Shown in pieces: positions 47,798-56,381 of a stretch of 64,000 bases of DNA (position 1 is the first letter of the stretch; each line of letters begins with the position of its first letter). The stretch spans positions 101,536-165,535 of the forward strand of contig VGZZ01000001.1 in the NCBI GenBank assembly GCA_016872285.1, written 5' to 3'. The notes beneath the pieces were generated by a model. It had not been told where the DNA came from. It worked only from the letters and a program-made list of their open reading frames with translations, and made no database searches. Source of the stretch: SAR202 cluster bacterium. Lineage in GTDB: Bacteria; Chloroflexota; Dehalococcoidia; Lucifugimonadales; GCA-2712585. The position numbers were made by a program, and so were the translations under genes.

Positions 47798-47911
47798 ACT
47801 AGCTCTACGCTCCGTCCGCCAGGCTAGGCCACTCCTAACCCCGCGGAACGTTCTCTTCCTCTCCTCACCTTCCCCCCAAACCTTAGGACCACTCGTCGAA
47901 GGCCCCCGCTA

Positions 47912-48391
47912 ATGACCCTCCGCGTAGGCTCAGGCCTCGACGCCCACCCCCTGGTCGCAGGGCGACGCCTCGTCCTCGGCGGCGTCCCCATCCCCCACGA
48001 AAAAGGCATCCAGGGCCACAGTGACGGCGACGTCGCCGTCCACGCCATCATGGACGCCCTCCTGGGCGCCGCCGGCCTCGGCGACAAGGGCAAGCACTTC
48101 CCCTCCACAGACCCCACACTAAAGGGCATATCCAGCCTCATCCTCCTCCAGCGCGTCGGCGCCCTCGTCCGGGAGCGAGGTTGGCGCATCGTGAACGTGG
48201 ATGCTACAATACTCGCCCAGCGGCCGCGTCTGAGTCCCTTCGTGGAGCAGATGCGAAAAAACGTCTCCCGAACGCTCAGCGTCGGCCCTGAAATTATCAG
48301 CATCAAAGCTACTACAACCGATAATCTGGGCTTTACGGGTCGAGGGGAAGGTATCGCCGCCCACGCCGTAGCCCTCATCGAGACCGTTTAA
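47912..48391 (+). CDS. ispF: 2-C-methyl-D-erythritol 2,4-cyclodiphosphate synthase
   Basis: RVGSGLDAHPL and HSDGDVAVHA motifs. Its stop overlaps the cysS start (TAATG). Confidence 0.95.
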   Translation: MTLRVGSGLDAHPLVAGRRLVLGGVPIPHEKGIQGHSDGDVAVHAIMDALLGAAGLGDKGKHFPSTDPTLKGISSLILLQRVGALVRERGWRIVNVDATILAQRPRLSPFVEQMRKNVSRTLSVGPEIISIKATTTDNLGFTGRGEGIAAHAVALIETV

Positions 48392-49875
48392 TGAAACTCT
48401 ACAACACCATGTCCGGCAAAGAAGAGGACATTGCGCCTGCAAAACGCCAGGTAAAGATGCCCGTGAATATGTATGTATGCGGCGTCACGCCCTACGCCCC
48501 TTGCCACATCGGCCACGCTATGAGTTATGTCATCTTTGACACCCTGCGGCGACACCTGGAGTTCCGCGGCTTCCAGGTCCGCCACATCCAGAACTTTACT
48601 GACATCGACGACAAGATTATTAACCGCGCCAACCAGGAGGGTGTCTCCTACCGCGTCCTCGCCGACCGTTACATCGACGAGTATAAGGTCCAGATGGAGC
48701 GCCTCAACGTCCGTCCCCCCACCGTCTACGCCCTGGCCACCGACGCTATGCCTAAAATCATCGACGTTATCTCAGGCCTTATCGATAAGGGCTACGCCTA
48801 CTCCTCCAACGGTGACGTTTATTTCCGTGTCACCAAGGACGATGACTACGGCAAGCTCAGCCACCGTTCCCTGGACAGCATGATCGCCGGCGCCCGTATA
48901 GACGTCGCCGAGGCCAAAGAACACCCTATGGACTTCGCCCTTTGGAAGGCCGCCAAGCCCGGCGAGCCCTCCTGGGACAGCCCCTGGGGCCAGGGCCGCC
49001 CCGGTTGGCACATCGAATGCACCTCCATCTGCCTGGAGCAGCTAGGCGATACTCTAGACATCCACGGCGGCGGCCTAGACCTGGTCTTCCCCCACCACGA
49101 AAACGAGATCGCCCAGAGCGAGTCCTTTACCGGCAAAGTGCCCTTCTCCCGCGTCTGGGTCCACAACGGTCTCCTTCAGATGGGCGCCGAAAAAATGAGC
49201 AAGTCCCTGGGCAATCTGGTGACCGTATCCGAAGCCCTGGAACGCTACTCCGTCGACGCCCTCCGCCTCTTCTTCCTCAGTTCCCACTACCGCAGCCCCC
49301 TCAGCTACAGCCCCGAAGGCGTCGCATCCCAAGAGCGCGCCGCCGAGCGCCTCCGCCACGCCCTTTCCCACGACTCCCCCTCCAGCGCCACCGAATTAGA
49401 CCCCTCCCCCTTTGAAAAATCCTTCATCGACGCCATGGACTCGGACCTGAACACCCCCCAGGCTTTGGCCGCCCTCTTTGACCTGTCCCGCGAAATCAAC
49501 CGAGCTAAAGATCAAGGTCAGTCGATAAAAAAGGCCCAGGGGATCCTCCGAAAGCTCGGCGGCATCCTCGGCCTCACATTCCAGGCCAAAACCCTCGCCG
49601 AGAATAATCAGTTCCTTGCTCCCGTCTCCTCCGTCTTCAACGAGATGGGCGGCCTCCTGGACGCCTCCGGCCATCACAAGCTCGCCGGCTGGGTCAAGAC
49701 CCACAAAGACTCTCCGGACCTCGCCACTCTTGTCGAAACCCTCCTGGCCATCCGCCGTGAGCTGCGACAGGCAAAAGACTACAAGCTAGCCGACGCCATC
49801 CGCCACAAGCTCACCGACGCCGGCATCGCCGTCGAAGACACCCGCGACGGCGCCATCTGGAAACCCCGCCTCTAA
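48391..49875 (+). CDS. cysS: Cysteine--tRNA ligase
   Basis: HIGH-type (CHIGHA) and KMSKS motifs. Confidence 0.95.
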   Translation: MKLYNTMSGKEEDIAPAKRQVKMPVNMYVCGVTPYAPCHIGHAMSYVIFDTLRRHLEFRGFQVRHIQNFTDIDDKIINRANQEGVSYRVLADRYIDEYKVQMERLNVRPPTVYALATDAMPKIIDVISGLIDKGYAYSSNGDVYFRVTKDDDYGKLSHRSLDSMIAGARIDVAEAKEHPMDFALWKAAKPGEPSWDSPWGQGRPGWHIECTSICLEQLGDTLDIHGGGLDLVFPHHENEIAQSESFTGKVPFSRVWVHNGLLQMGAEKMSKSLGNLVTVSEALERYSVDALRLFFLSSHYRSPLSYSPEGVASQERAAERLRHALSHDSPSSATELDPSPFEKSFIDAMDSDLNTPQALAALFDLSREINRAKDQGQSIKKAQGILRKLGGILGLTFQAKTLAENNQFLAPVSSVFNEMGGLLDASGHHKLAGWVKTHKDSPDLATLVETLLAIRRELRQAKDYKLADAIRHKLTDAGIAVEDTRDGAIWKPRL

Positions 49876-49975
49876 CCCCTTCCCCTTTGGGGTGGTGCTG
49901 TAGTGTGAGGAGTAAAATCATTCCGACCGTAGGGGAGGAGTCTCAACACCCGTTCACATCTTCACTTCACCTTCG
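49876..49975 (+). repeat. E-family repeat E4, starting at the first base after the cysS stop
   Basis: CCCCTTCCCCTTTGGGGTGGTG...ATCATTCCGACCGTAGGGGAGGAGTCTCAACACC. Confidence 0.75.
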
Positions 49976-49993
49976 CTGCTTAGGTAGCGTTAT

Positions 49994-50075
49994 ATCATTC
50001 TGAGCGAAGTCGGTACTCCGACGCAGTCGAAGAATCTGGCCCAGCTGCAGATCGACTTCGGCCATTTAGTAGCGA
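49994..50075 (+). repeat. E-family repeat E5
   Basis: TCATTCTGAGCGAAGTCGGTACTCCGACGCAGTCGAAGAATCTGG. Nearly identical core to 58895-58940. Confidence 0.8.
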
Positions 50076-50092
50076 CGACAAGCCAGAAGTCT

Positions 50093-50145
50093 TCCTTCCC
50101 TCCTACTTGAGGGGGAGAACAGAAGAGGAGGGTCAAAGGTCCCTT
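50093..50145 (+). repeat. Short hairpin repeat R11 (G-family)
   Basis: TTCCCTCCtacttgaGGGGGAGAAcAGAAGAGGAGGGTCAAAG. Confidence 0.65.
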
Positions 50146-50225
50146 CCCCATGCCCTCTCCTTCCCTCCCTCTCCCCTCAATGCTACCCTTTCCCCAGCAC
50201 ACTAGCCTTCAAAGGGAGCCCACCC

Positions 50226-50642
50226 ATGAAAATGCTAGACGAATTCAAAAAATTTCTCCTCCGCGGCAACGTCATCGACCTGGCCGTGGCCGTTGTTATC
50301 GGCGTCGCCTTCGGCGCCGTCATTACATCCTTCGTCAAAGACCTCCTCACCCCCCTGATCAGCATCCCCGGCAACGCCGACTTCTCTAGCCTCACCTTCA
50401 CCATCAACGGCAGCGTCTTTCGATACGGTTCCTTCATCAACGCCCTCATCGCCTTCATACTCATCGCCGCCGCTATCTTCTTCCTCGTCGTGAAGCCAGT
50501 TAACGCCCTCGTCGAGCGCTCCCGCGCCGCCCCAGTCCCCGCCGACCCCACCACTCGCAAGTGCCCCGAGTGCCTCAGCGAAATCCCCCTCGCCGCCAAA
50601 CGCTGCGCCCACTGCGCCTCACCAGTATCGCCTGTGGCCTAA
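50226..50642 (+). CDS. mscL: Large-conductance mechanosensitive channel with C-terminal zinc-ribbon extension
   Basis: MKMLDEFKKFLLRGNVIDLAVAVVIGVAFG N-terminus and a C-terminal CPEC...CAHC motif. Confidence 0.9.
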   Translation: MKMLDEFKKFLLRGNVIDLAVAVVIGVAFGAVITSFVKDLLTPLISIPGNADFSSLTFTINGSVFRYGSFINALIAFILIAAAIFFLVVKPVNALVERSRAAPVPADPTTRKCPECLSEIPLAAKRCAHCASPVSPVA

Positions 50643-50656
50643 AGGAATCCTCCCCT

Positions 50657-52042
50657 ATGCTTAATCGCGATGTCCTCGCCTCCCTCACCACCCTCCTGGG
50701 CCGCTCCCGCGTCCTCACCTCCCTACCCCAACGCGAGCGCTACTCCGCCGACGCCCTCTCCCCCTCCCGCGCCTACCGCTCCGCCCAACTGCTCAACTCT
50801 ACCGCCGATGTCGTTGTCCGGCCCAAAAACACCCAGCAGGTAGCCGAAATCGTCAAGCTCGCCGTGCAGCACCGCATCCCCATCATTCCCTACGGTGGCG
50901 GCACCGGCGTCATGGGCGGCGTAGTGCCCCTTAAGGGTGGCATTGCCATCGACCTCCAGGGCCTCAACAAAGTCCTAAACATAGACCCTATTTCCCTCAC
51001 CGCCACCGTCGAGTCCGGCGTTATCCTCGCCGACCTCGCCCACGTCCTGGAAGGCCAGGGCCTCCTCCTCGCCCACGACCCCTGGAGCCTCCCCATCGCC
51101 ACCGTCGGCGGGGCCATATCCACCAACGGCGTCGGCTACCGCGCCGCCGCCTACGGCCCCATGGGCGACCACGTCCTCGGCCTGGAAGTTGTCCTCCCAG
51201 ACGGCGAACTCCTCACCACCCGCGCCGTCCCCAAGTACTCCACCGGCCCCAACCTCAACCAGCTCTTCATCGGCTCGGAAGGCGCCTTCGGCATCATCAC
51301 CAAGGCCACCATAAAAATCCTCCGACAGCCTGAAGAGCGCATCTTCTCCACCTTCCGCTTCCAAAAATTCGACCAGGGCTTCCAAGCCATCACCGAGCTT
51401 TTAGCCATCGGCCTTGTCCCCTCAGTCCTTGACCTGACCGAGGACTTTGAAGGCGTCCACTTATATCTAATCTTCGAGGGCTATAAAGAGGGCGTCGATG
51501 CCCAGCGCCGCCGCTCCAAGCTGGTCTGCGAAGCCGCCGGCGGCATCGACAACGGCCCCACCGAGGCCACCATCTACTGGGACACCCGCTACCGCATCGC
51601 CGAAGGCTACCGCGACGAAGTCGCCTCCCTCACCCGCCGCCAGCGATGGAAGCGCCATAGCCGCTCCTTCGATTACCTCCACGTCGCCCTGCCCCTGGAC
51701 AAAGTTCCAAGCTACCGCAAGAAGTGCGACGCCATCTTCAAAAAGTACGATATCCGGTGTAGCGAATACGGCATCTGGGCCCGCCCCGAACTCTTCTCCA
51801 TGCTCCTCCTCCCTGGGGATGTCACCAAGGAAGAGGACATGCCTAAAGCCGTTGACATGGTCTTAACACTGGCCCAGGACATGGGCGGCGTCATGGAGTA
51901 TTGCCACGGCGTCGGCATCAAGCTGGCCCACCTCCTCGCCCGAGAGATGGACGTCAGTCTCGACGTCTTGGGTAACATGAAGTGCTCCCTTGACCCCCAT
52001 AACATCATGAACCCCGGCAAGCTAGGTCTCGACAAAGCGTGA
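50657..52042 (+). CDS. FAD-linked oxidase (GlcD / PCMH-fold family)
   Basis: FAD-binding PYGGGTGVMGG motif. Start is the ATG at 50657; the upstream extension overlaps mscL. Confidence 0.85.
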   Translation: MLNRDVLASLTTLLGRSRVLTSLPQRERYSADALSPSRAYRSAQLLNSTADVVVRPKNTQQVAEIVKLAVQHRIPIIPYGGGTGVMGGVVPLKGGIAIDLQGLNKVLNIDPISLTATVESGVILADLAHVLEGQGLLLAHDPWSLPIATVGGAISTNGVGYRAAAYGPMGDHVLGLEVVLPDGELLTTRAVPKYSTGPNLNQLFIGSEGAFGIITKATIKILRQPEERIFSTFRFQKFDQGFQAITELLAIGLVPSVLDLTEDFEGVHLYLIFEGYKEGVDAQRRRSKLVCEAAGGIDNGPTEATIYWDTRYRIAEGYRDEVASLTRRQRWKRHSRSFDYLHVALPLDKVPSYRKKCDAIFKKYDIRCSEYGIWARPELFSMLLLPGDVTKEEDMPKAVDMVLTLAQDMGGVMEYCHGVGIKLAHLLAREMDVSLDVLGNMKCSLDPHNIMNPGKLGLDKA

Positions 52043-52169
52043 TTTTAGAATAATTGCCCTCTCCAGGCCTTTTCATCTTAGCCATTGAGGTCTAAAATGG
52101 GCCGCGCCTTCCTCAGTAGGGCGTCTTGCAGCGGGTTAGTTGTGGAAAAACCAGCACAGGAGCAGGCTC

Positions 52170-53069
52170 ATGACCTCCCAAGCAGCCTCCCCAGCTAGCG
52201 CCAAAAGCAAAAAGCGAGGCTCCCAAAACGGCGACCTTCAAGCCTTCACCGACCTCGGCCTCTTCGCCAAGGCCGTCGAGGACGCGGGCCTCTCCATCGA
52301 TTTCCTGCCCCTCCTTTCCTTGAACGCCAACTTCATCGAGTCCACGGAAGACTTCCTTGTCCTGAACCTCAAGCACTTCGACACCGAAGAGCCCAACAAC
52401 CTCCTCTTCCTCCACAGTGAAAAAGCCCTCCTCTATTCCCGGATGCCCCTGTCCCCTGAAGCCCTGCAGCCCCACGCTGGCATCCAGGCCAAAGCCCACG
52501 GCAAGACCACCGTGCTGGCCTTCCTCGCCTTGAAACGGACTGTTAATAACTACAAGACCCACCTGGACACCCTGGTAGCTCGAATTCGCGAGCTTGAGAG
52601 CCAGTTCGATAACGCCAGGTACCGCGCCCTAATCTTCGACTTCGAGCGCCTCTTCGACCGCCTTGAAGACCTCCATCAAATCCTCATCAAGCTGGAAGAG
52701 ACCAACCTCAAGGAGGTCGAGACCCGCTACATCTCCTTCGACTACCAGGTCCTCATGACCGAAAGCGCCAACCAGTTGGACAGGTGCAGGAACCGCCTTA
52801 ACATGCTCAAAGACCTGCAGCGCGAGCATGAGCTTCAGACCACAGTTGAGCTAAACCGCCGTATAGAGCGTTTGAACAACGTCGTCACCCGGCTCACCGC
52901 CGTCACCGTCATCATCATGGTCCCCACCCTCATTGCCAGTCACTTCGGCATGAACTTCACCAACATGCCGGAATTGGACATGAAATGGACATATCCTGCC
53001 GTCTTGGCCCTGGAAGTGCTGCTGATAGTCAGCGGCGTGCTTCTCTTCCGAAAAATAAAATGGCTCTAG
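52170..53069 (+). CDS. CorA-like divalent-cation transporter
   Basis: GMN motif (HFGMNFTNMP) between two C-terminal TM helices. The ATG at 52170 follows GGAG; the start is uncertain. Confidence 0.7.
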   Translation: MTSQAASPASAKSKKRGSQNGDLQAFTDLGLFAKAVEDAGLSIDFLPLLSLNANFIESTEDFLVLNLKHFDTEEPNNLLFLHSEKALLYSRMPLSPEALQPHAGIQAKAHGKTTVLAFLALKRTVNNYKTHLDTLVARIRELESQFDNARYRALIFDFERLFDRLEDLHQILIKLEETNLKEVETRYISFDYQVLMTESANQLDRCRNRLNMLKDLQREHELQTTVELNRRIERLNNVVTRLTAVTVIIMVPTLIASHFGMNFTNMPELDMKWTYPAVLALEVLLIVSGVLLFRKIKWL

Positions 53070-53895
53070 CCCATCCTCACCGTCACCTCATCCCCTATCT
53101 CCGCCCCCAGTAACGACGCCGCGCTCCCATCCCTCACCGCCACCTCCAGCGTGTCGTAGCTCCCCACCAGCGCCATCAGCCCCTGCCCCTGCGAGTAAAA
53201 TCCTTCAGTCCCCTGATCTCCTTCCCTTTCACTTCCACCCTCAACCCTACCGATGGCCTCAACAGCGCAGCCTCAATATCCGTTATCAAATTGCCAAACC
53301 TGTCCACGTGCGCCACCCGGCCCCGCAGCCGGCCTCCCTCCCACAAACGCGGCTCCATCCTCAAACACGACAGGCTCTCCGCCCCCTCCCCGACCTCCGA
53401 CACCGCTATACCCAGTGAAAGACGCGCCGCCACCGGCGCGAAAACGTCCCGCCCGTGAAACGTCGCGCTGACCGGCTCAAGCCATAGCGACCTGTTTGTT
53501 ATATGAAACGCTCTGCACCCAGGAGGTACTGGGATTAGTCCTGCCATAGCCCCGGGCAGCTCGCCGTCAAAGAAGTCCTTAATTACATAGCTCAGCACCC
53601 CGTTGTCCGGCGCCACAAACACGCCCCTCGGCGTCTCCACGACCACCCCACGCCTGGACGACCCCACCCCCGGGTCCACCACCGCTACATGAATCGTGCC
53701 CTTCGGAAAATACCGGTAGCTCTTCCACAAAAGAAAACCGCCCTGCCTTACGTTCTGCGGGCGCGCTTCATGTGTCAAATCGATTATCGACGCCTGCGGA
53801 TTGATCCCTAACACCACCCCCTTTATCAGCCCCACATACGGGTCCGCCGCCCCAAAATCCGTCGTGAGAGTTATGATGGCTCCATTACTGCCCAC
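53066..53895 (-). pseudogene. SAM hydroxide adenosyltransferase (DUF62) gene carrying a 1-nt frameshift near its 3' end
   Basis: N-terminus ITLTTDFGAADPYVGLIKGV. The annotated frame stops at 53176. The conserved C-terminus (YSQGQGLMALVGSYDTLEVAVRDGSAASLLGAEIGDEVTV) continues in another frame down to the TAG at 53066-53068. The shift is at the A4 run, 53197-53200. Confidence 0.7.
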
Positions 53896-53937
53896 GTGCG
53901 CTCTAGCCGCGCCTCCTGTTAGTCTGCTCTCGGTCTA

Positions 53938-54984
53938 CTAGACAAAGTAGCGGACGCGTGTTTTTTTGTACTCGCGGTTGCTATATAGAATGAGATAGTC
54001 GTGGATGTCGGTAGCCCTTTCAATCTCTTTGACGGCGTCTTCACAGCCTTCTTTGGAGACGGCGTGAATCATGGTGAAATGCGTGTAGGGCCAGTCCGGG
54101 AAGGTGGGGCGCTGATAGCAATGAGTGACGCCTGTATGCCGGGCCATTATCTTGCCCACGGCCTCGGCGCGGTCTTCAGGCACCTTCCAAACAGCCATGG
54201 CGTTGGCGCGGAAGCCAGCCTTTCGATGGTAGAGGACGGCGCTGTAACGGCGCATTATGCCGCGGTCCTGGAACTCCTTGGCCAGGTCGAAGAGCTGTTG
54301 GTTGGTAAGGCCCAGGCGTCGGGCCATATTGTCGAAGGGGCGGGGAATCATGGGCAGGTCTTCCTGCAGTTCCTGGATAGCGCGGATGTCGAAGTCGCTG
54401 AGATGGACAGGCTTGTTCCAGTCCTTGGAGATGGGCTGGTTATAGCCGTCGGGGCTGTAGTCGAAAGCCGCGCTCTTCTGGCTCACCATGTCAAAGTTGA
54501 CGCCGATTTTGAAGAACCGAATGGTGGGCATGACGCGGAACGCTTGGGCGCCGGTCTTTTCCGCCATCTGTTTTACGGTGTCTTCCAGCACCTCGTTGGG
54601 CGGCACCGCCAGGGTAAACCAGAGGTTGTAGAAGGAACCTTCTCGGGCGTAGTTGTGGCTGACGCCTGGGTGCCGATTGATATATAGGGCGGACTTGTGC
54701 AGCCTGTCGGCGTGGTAGGCCATAGCGACGAGGGTAGTCTTGTAGCCCAGGCGGCGGGTGTCGAAGATGGCGCTGATCTGGCGGACAACATTGGCTTTTC
54801 GGAGGGCGGCCAGGCGAATGAAGAGTTCGGCTTCGGAGATGCCCAGTTCACCTGCAATGACCTTATACGGCTCGTCGGCCAGGGGAAATCGAGACTGGGT
54901 GATATTAAGGAACTGACGGTCGGTGGCGTCCATGTCGCCGGCGGACTTCTTGCCGGAGGCGGGTTTAAGGGTCTGCTGGGCCAT
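53938..54984 (-). CDS. Siroheme decarboxylase-like protein (fused AhbA/AhbB or NirD/NirL type, two Lrp/AsnC-like modules)
   Basis: About 348 aa with two tandem HTH + ligand-domain modules. The ATG at 54984 follows GAGGTGA. Confidence 0.7.
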   Translation of the reverse strand: MAQQTLKPASGKKSAGDMDATDRQFLNITQSRFPLADEPYKVIAGELGISEAELFIRLAALRKANVVRQISAIFDTRRLGYKTTLVAMAYHADRLHKSALYINRHPGVSHNYAREGSFYNLWFTLAVPPNEVLEDTVKQMAEKTGAQAFRVMPTIRFFKIGVNFDMVSQKSAAFDYSPDGYNQPISKDWNKPVHLSDFDIRAIQELQEDLPMIPRPFDNMARRLGLTNQQLFDLAKEFQDRGIMRRYSAVLYHRKAGFRANAMAVWKVPEDRAEAVGKIMARHTGVTHCYQRPTFPDWPYTHFTMIHAVSKEGCEDAVKEIERATDIHDYLILYSNREYKKTRVRYFV

Positions 54985-55163
54985 TATCACCTCAGGTGGG
55001 GTATTCGAGCGTAGATGGGCGTCGCCCGGGACTATTTTATCAGACTTAATCTTTCATGAATGTACTGGCGATGATTGTGAAAGTCAACACAATGTCATGA
55101 TTAACCGGGACGCGATTGGGGTGTTACAATCGGGGCGTGAGCACCGACCCACAGAGGGGAGCT

Positions 55164-55634
55164 ATGAACATTCCAGGCCAGAAGCGAAGCCTGGAGCCGG
55201 ATGACTGCGGGCTGACCGCCGGTAGGTTCGCCGAAGCGATTCGGGACGGGGATATGGCGGCGGCTTGGAATGTGCTGTCGAAAGAGTCCAGGGGGGTGAG
55301 GTTGGGGGTGTGGGCCACCCAGAACAAGATCGACCTGCAGGTGGTGTACAGAGCGGCCTACGATTCGAACCATCCGCTATTCGCACCTATGATGGAAGGA
55401 TTTCGGGCGGCGGTGTTGAAGCACTGGCCCCTGGAGGACCTGGGCGATCTCGGTGTAGCCCCGACAAGCTACGTGGACGACGTCCACGCCTTTGTGTTTT
55501 TGCCCATCGGCGTGGGGAGAGACCAGCAGGTGCAGGAGCAGAGGACCGTGAAGCCCGGGCTGGTGATACCCATGCTGTTTGAGGACGGCGAGTGGCGGGT
55601 GGATATGCCGGGCTGGCGTTTTTTCTGGAAGTAG
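55164..55634 (+). CDS. Hypothetical protein
   Basis: ORF in the G-rich block. The ATG at 55164 has an SD-like GAGGGGAG. An in-frame GTG at 55137 lies 6 nt after a TGnTACAAT box and is an alternative start. Confidence 0.4.
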   Translation: MNIPGQKRSLEPDDCGLTAGRFAEAIRDGDMAAAWNVLSKESRGVRLGVWATQNKIDLQVVYRAAYDSNHPLFAPMMEGFRAAVLKHWPLEDLGDLGVAPTSYVDDVHAFVFLPIGVGRDQQVQEQRTVKPGLVIPMLFEDGEWRVDMPGWRFFWK

Positions 55635-55639
55635 GCCGT

Positions 55640-55648
55640 TGATATACT
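55640..55648 (+). promoter_or_regulatory. Candidate extended -10 box abutting the pcm start
   Basis: TGaTATACT, with the GTG start at 55655 only 6 nt downstream. Confidence 0.35.
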
Positions 55649-55654
55649 GGATTT

Positions 55655-56326
55655 GTGGAAAAGCTTAACAACGCAAGGCAGCGCCTGTTCAGAAAGCTGC
55701 GACAGGTTATAAGGTACGAGCGGGTGCTGCGGGCCATGGAGCAGATGCCCCGCCAAGCCTTTGTGCCCGAGAATCTGCGGCATCTATCCTACGACGACGC
55801 CCCCCTGCCCATCGGTGAGGGACAGACCATCTCCCAGCCCACCATCGTGGCTATTATGACCGGTGCCCTGGAACTGCGGGACAAGGATAGGGTGCTGGAG
55901 GTGGGAACGGGCAGCGGCTACCAGTCGGCCATACTGTCGCTTCTGGCGTCCGAGGGGTGGGTAGTGAGCGTGGAGAGGGTACCGTGGCTGGCGGAGAAGG
56001 CCGCGTCTATCCTGCGCTCCTTGGGCCGCCATAATGTAGAGGTGGTGGAGGCTGGGCCGGTGTTAGGCTGTCCTGAGAAAGGGCCCTACGACGCGATTGT
56101 AGTGACGGCGGCCAGTCCCAGGCTGCAGAAGTCTCTGCTGGACCAGATGAAGCTGGGAGGTCGGCTGGTGGCGCCGGTAGGAGGGCTGAAGGAGCAGGAG
56201 TTAGTGAGGGCGCTCAAGACCAGCGAGGGCATATCGATAAGCTATCTGTGGCCGTGCCGGTTTGTGCCGCTGATCGGGCCTGAGGCGTGGCCGGAGGGCA
56301 TGGCGGGAGCCGCAGACGAAGCCTAG
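55655..56326 (+). CDS. pcm: Protein-L-isoaspartate O-methyltransferase
   Basis: GQTISQPTIVAIM and the SAM motif VLEVGTGSGYQSAIL. GTG start. Confidence 0.9.
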   Translation: MEKLNNARQRLFRKLRQVIRYERVLRAMEQMPRQAFVPENLRHLSYDDAPLPIGEGQTISQPTIVAIMTGALELRDKDRVLEVGTGSGYQSAILSLLASEGWVVSVERVPWLAEKAASILRSLGRHNVEVVEAGPVLGCPEKGPYDAIVVTAASPRLQKSLLDQMKLGGRLVAPVGGLKEQELVRALKTSEGISISYLWPCRFVPLIGPEAWPEGMAGAADEA

Positions 56327-56352
56327 GTTTCATTGCCGCTATAATAGAGCGC

Positions 56353-56361
56353 TGATATACT
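56353..56361 (+). promoter_or_regulatory. Candidate extended -10 box upstream of gatB
   Basis: The same TGaTATACTGG motif as at 55640. The ATG at 56382 has no obvious SD. Confidence 0.3.
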
Positions 56362-56381
56362 GGTTCGAGTCCAAAAACTAT

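Noticed and set aside
53896-53940. Inverted repeats or IS remnants at the two junctions of the reversed-skew block (53896-53940 and 58088-58152)
   Set aside because: Only a trivial shared GC-rich hexamer-scale similarity (AGC(C)GCGCC) was seen, and in direct orientation. Nothing supports a specific recombination site, so the mechanism remains open.
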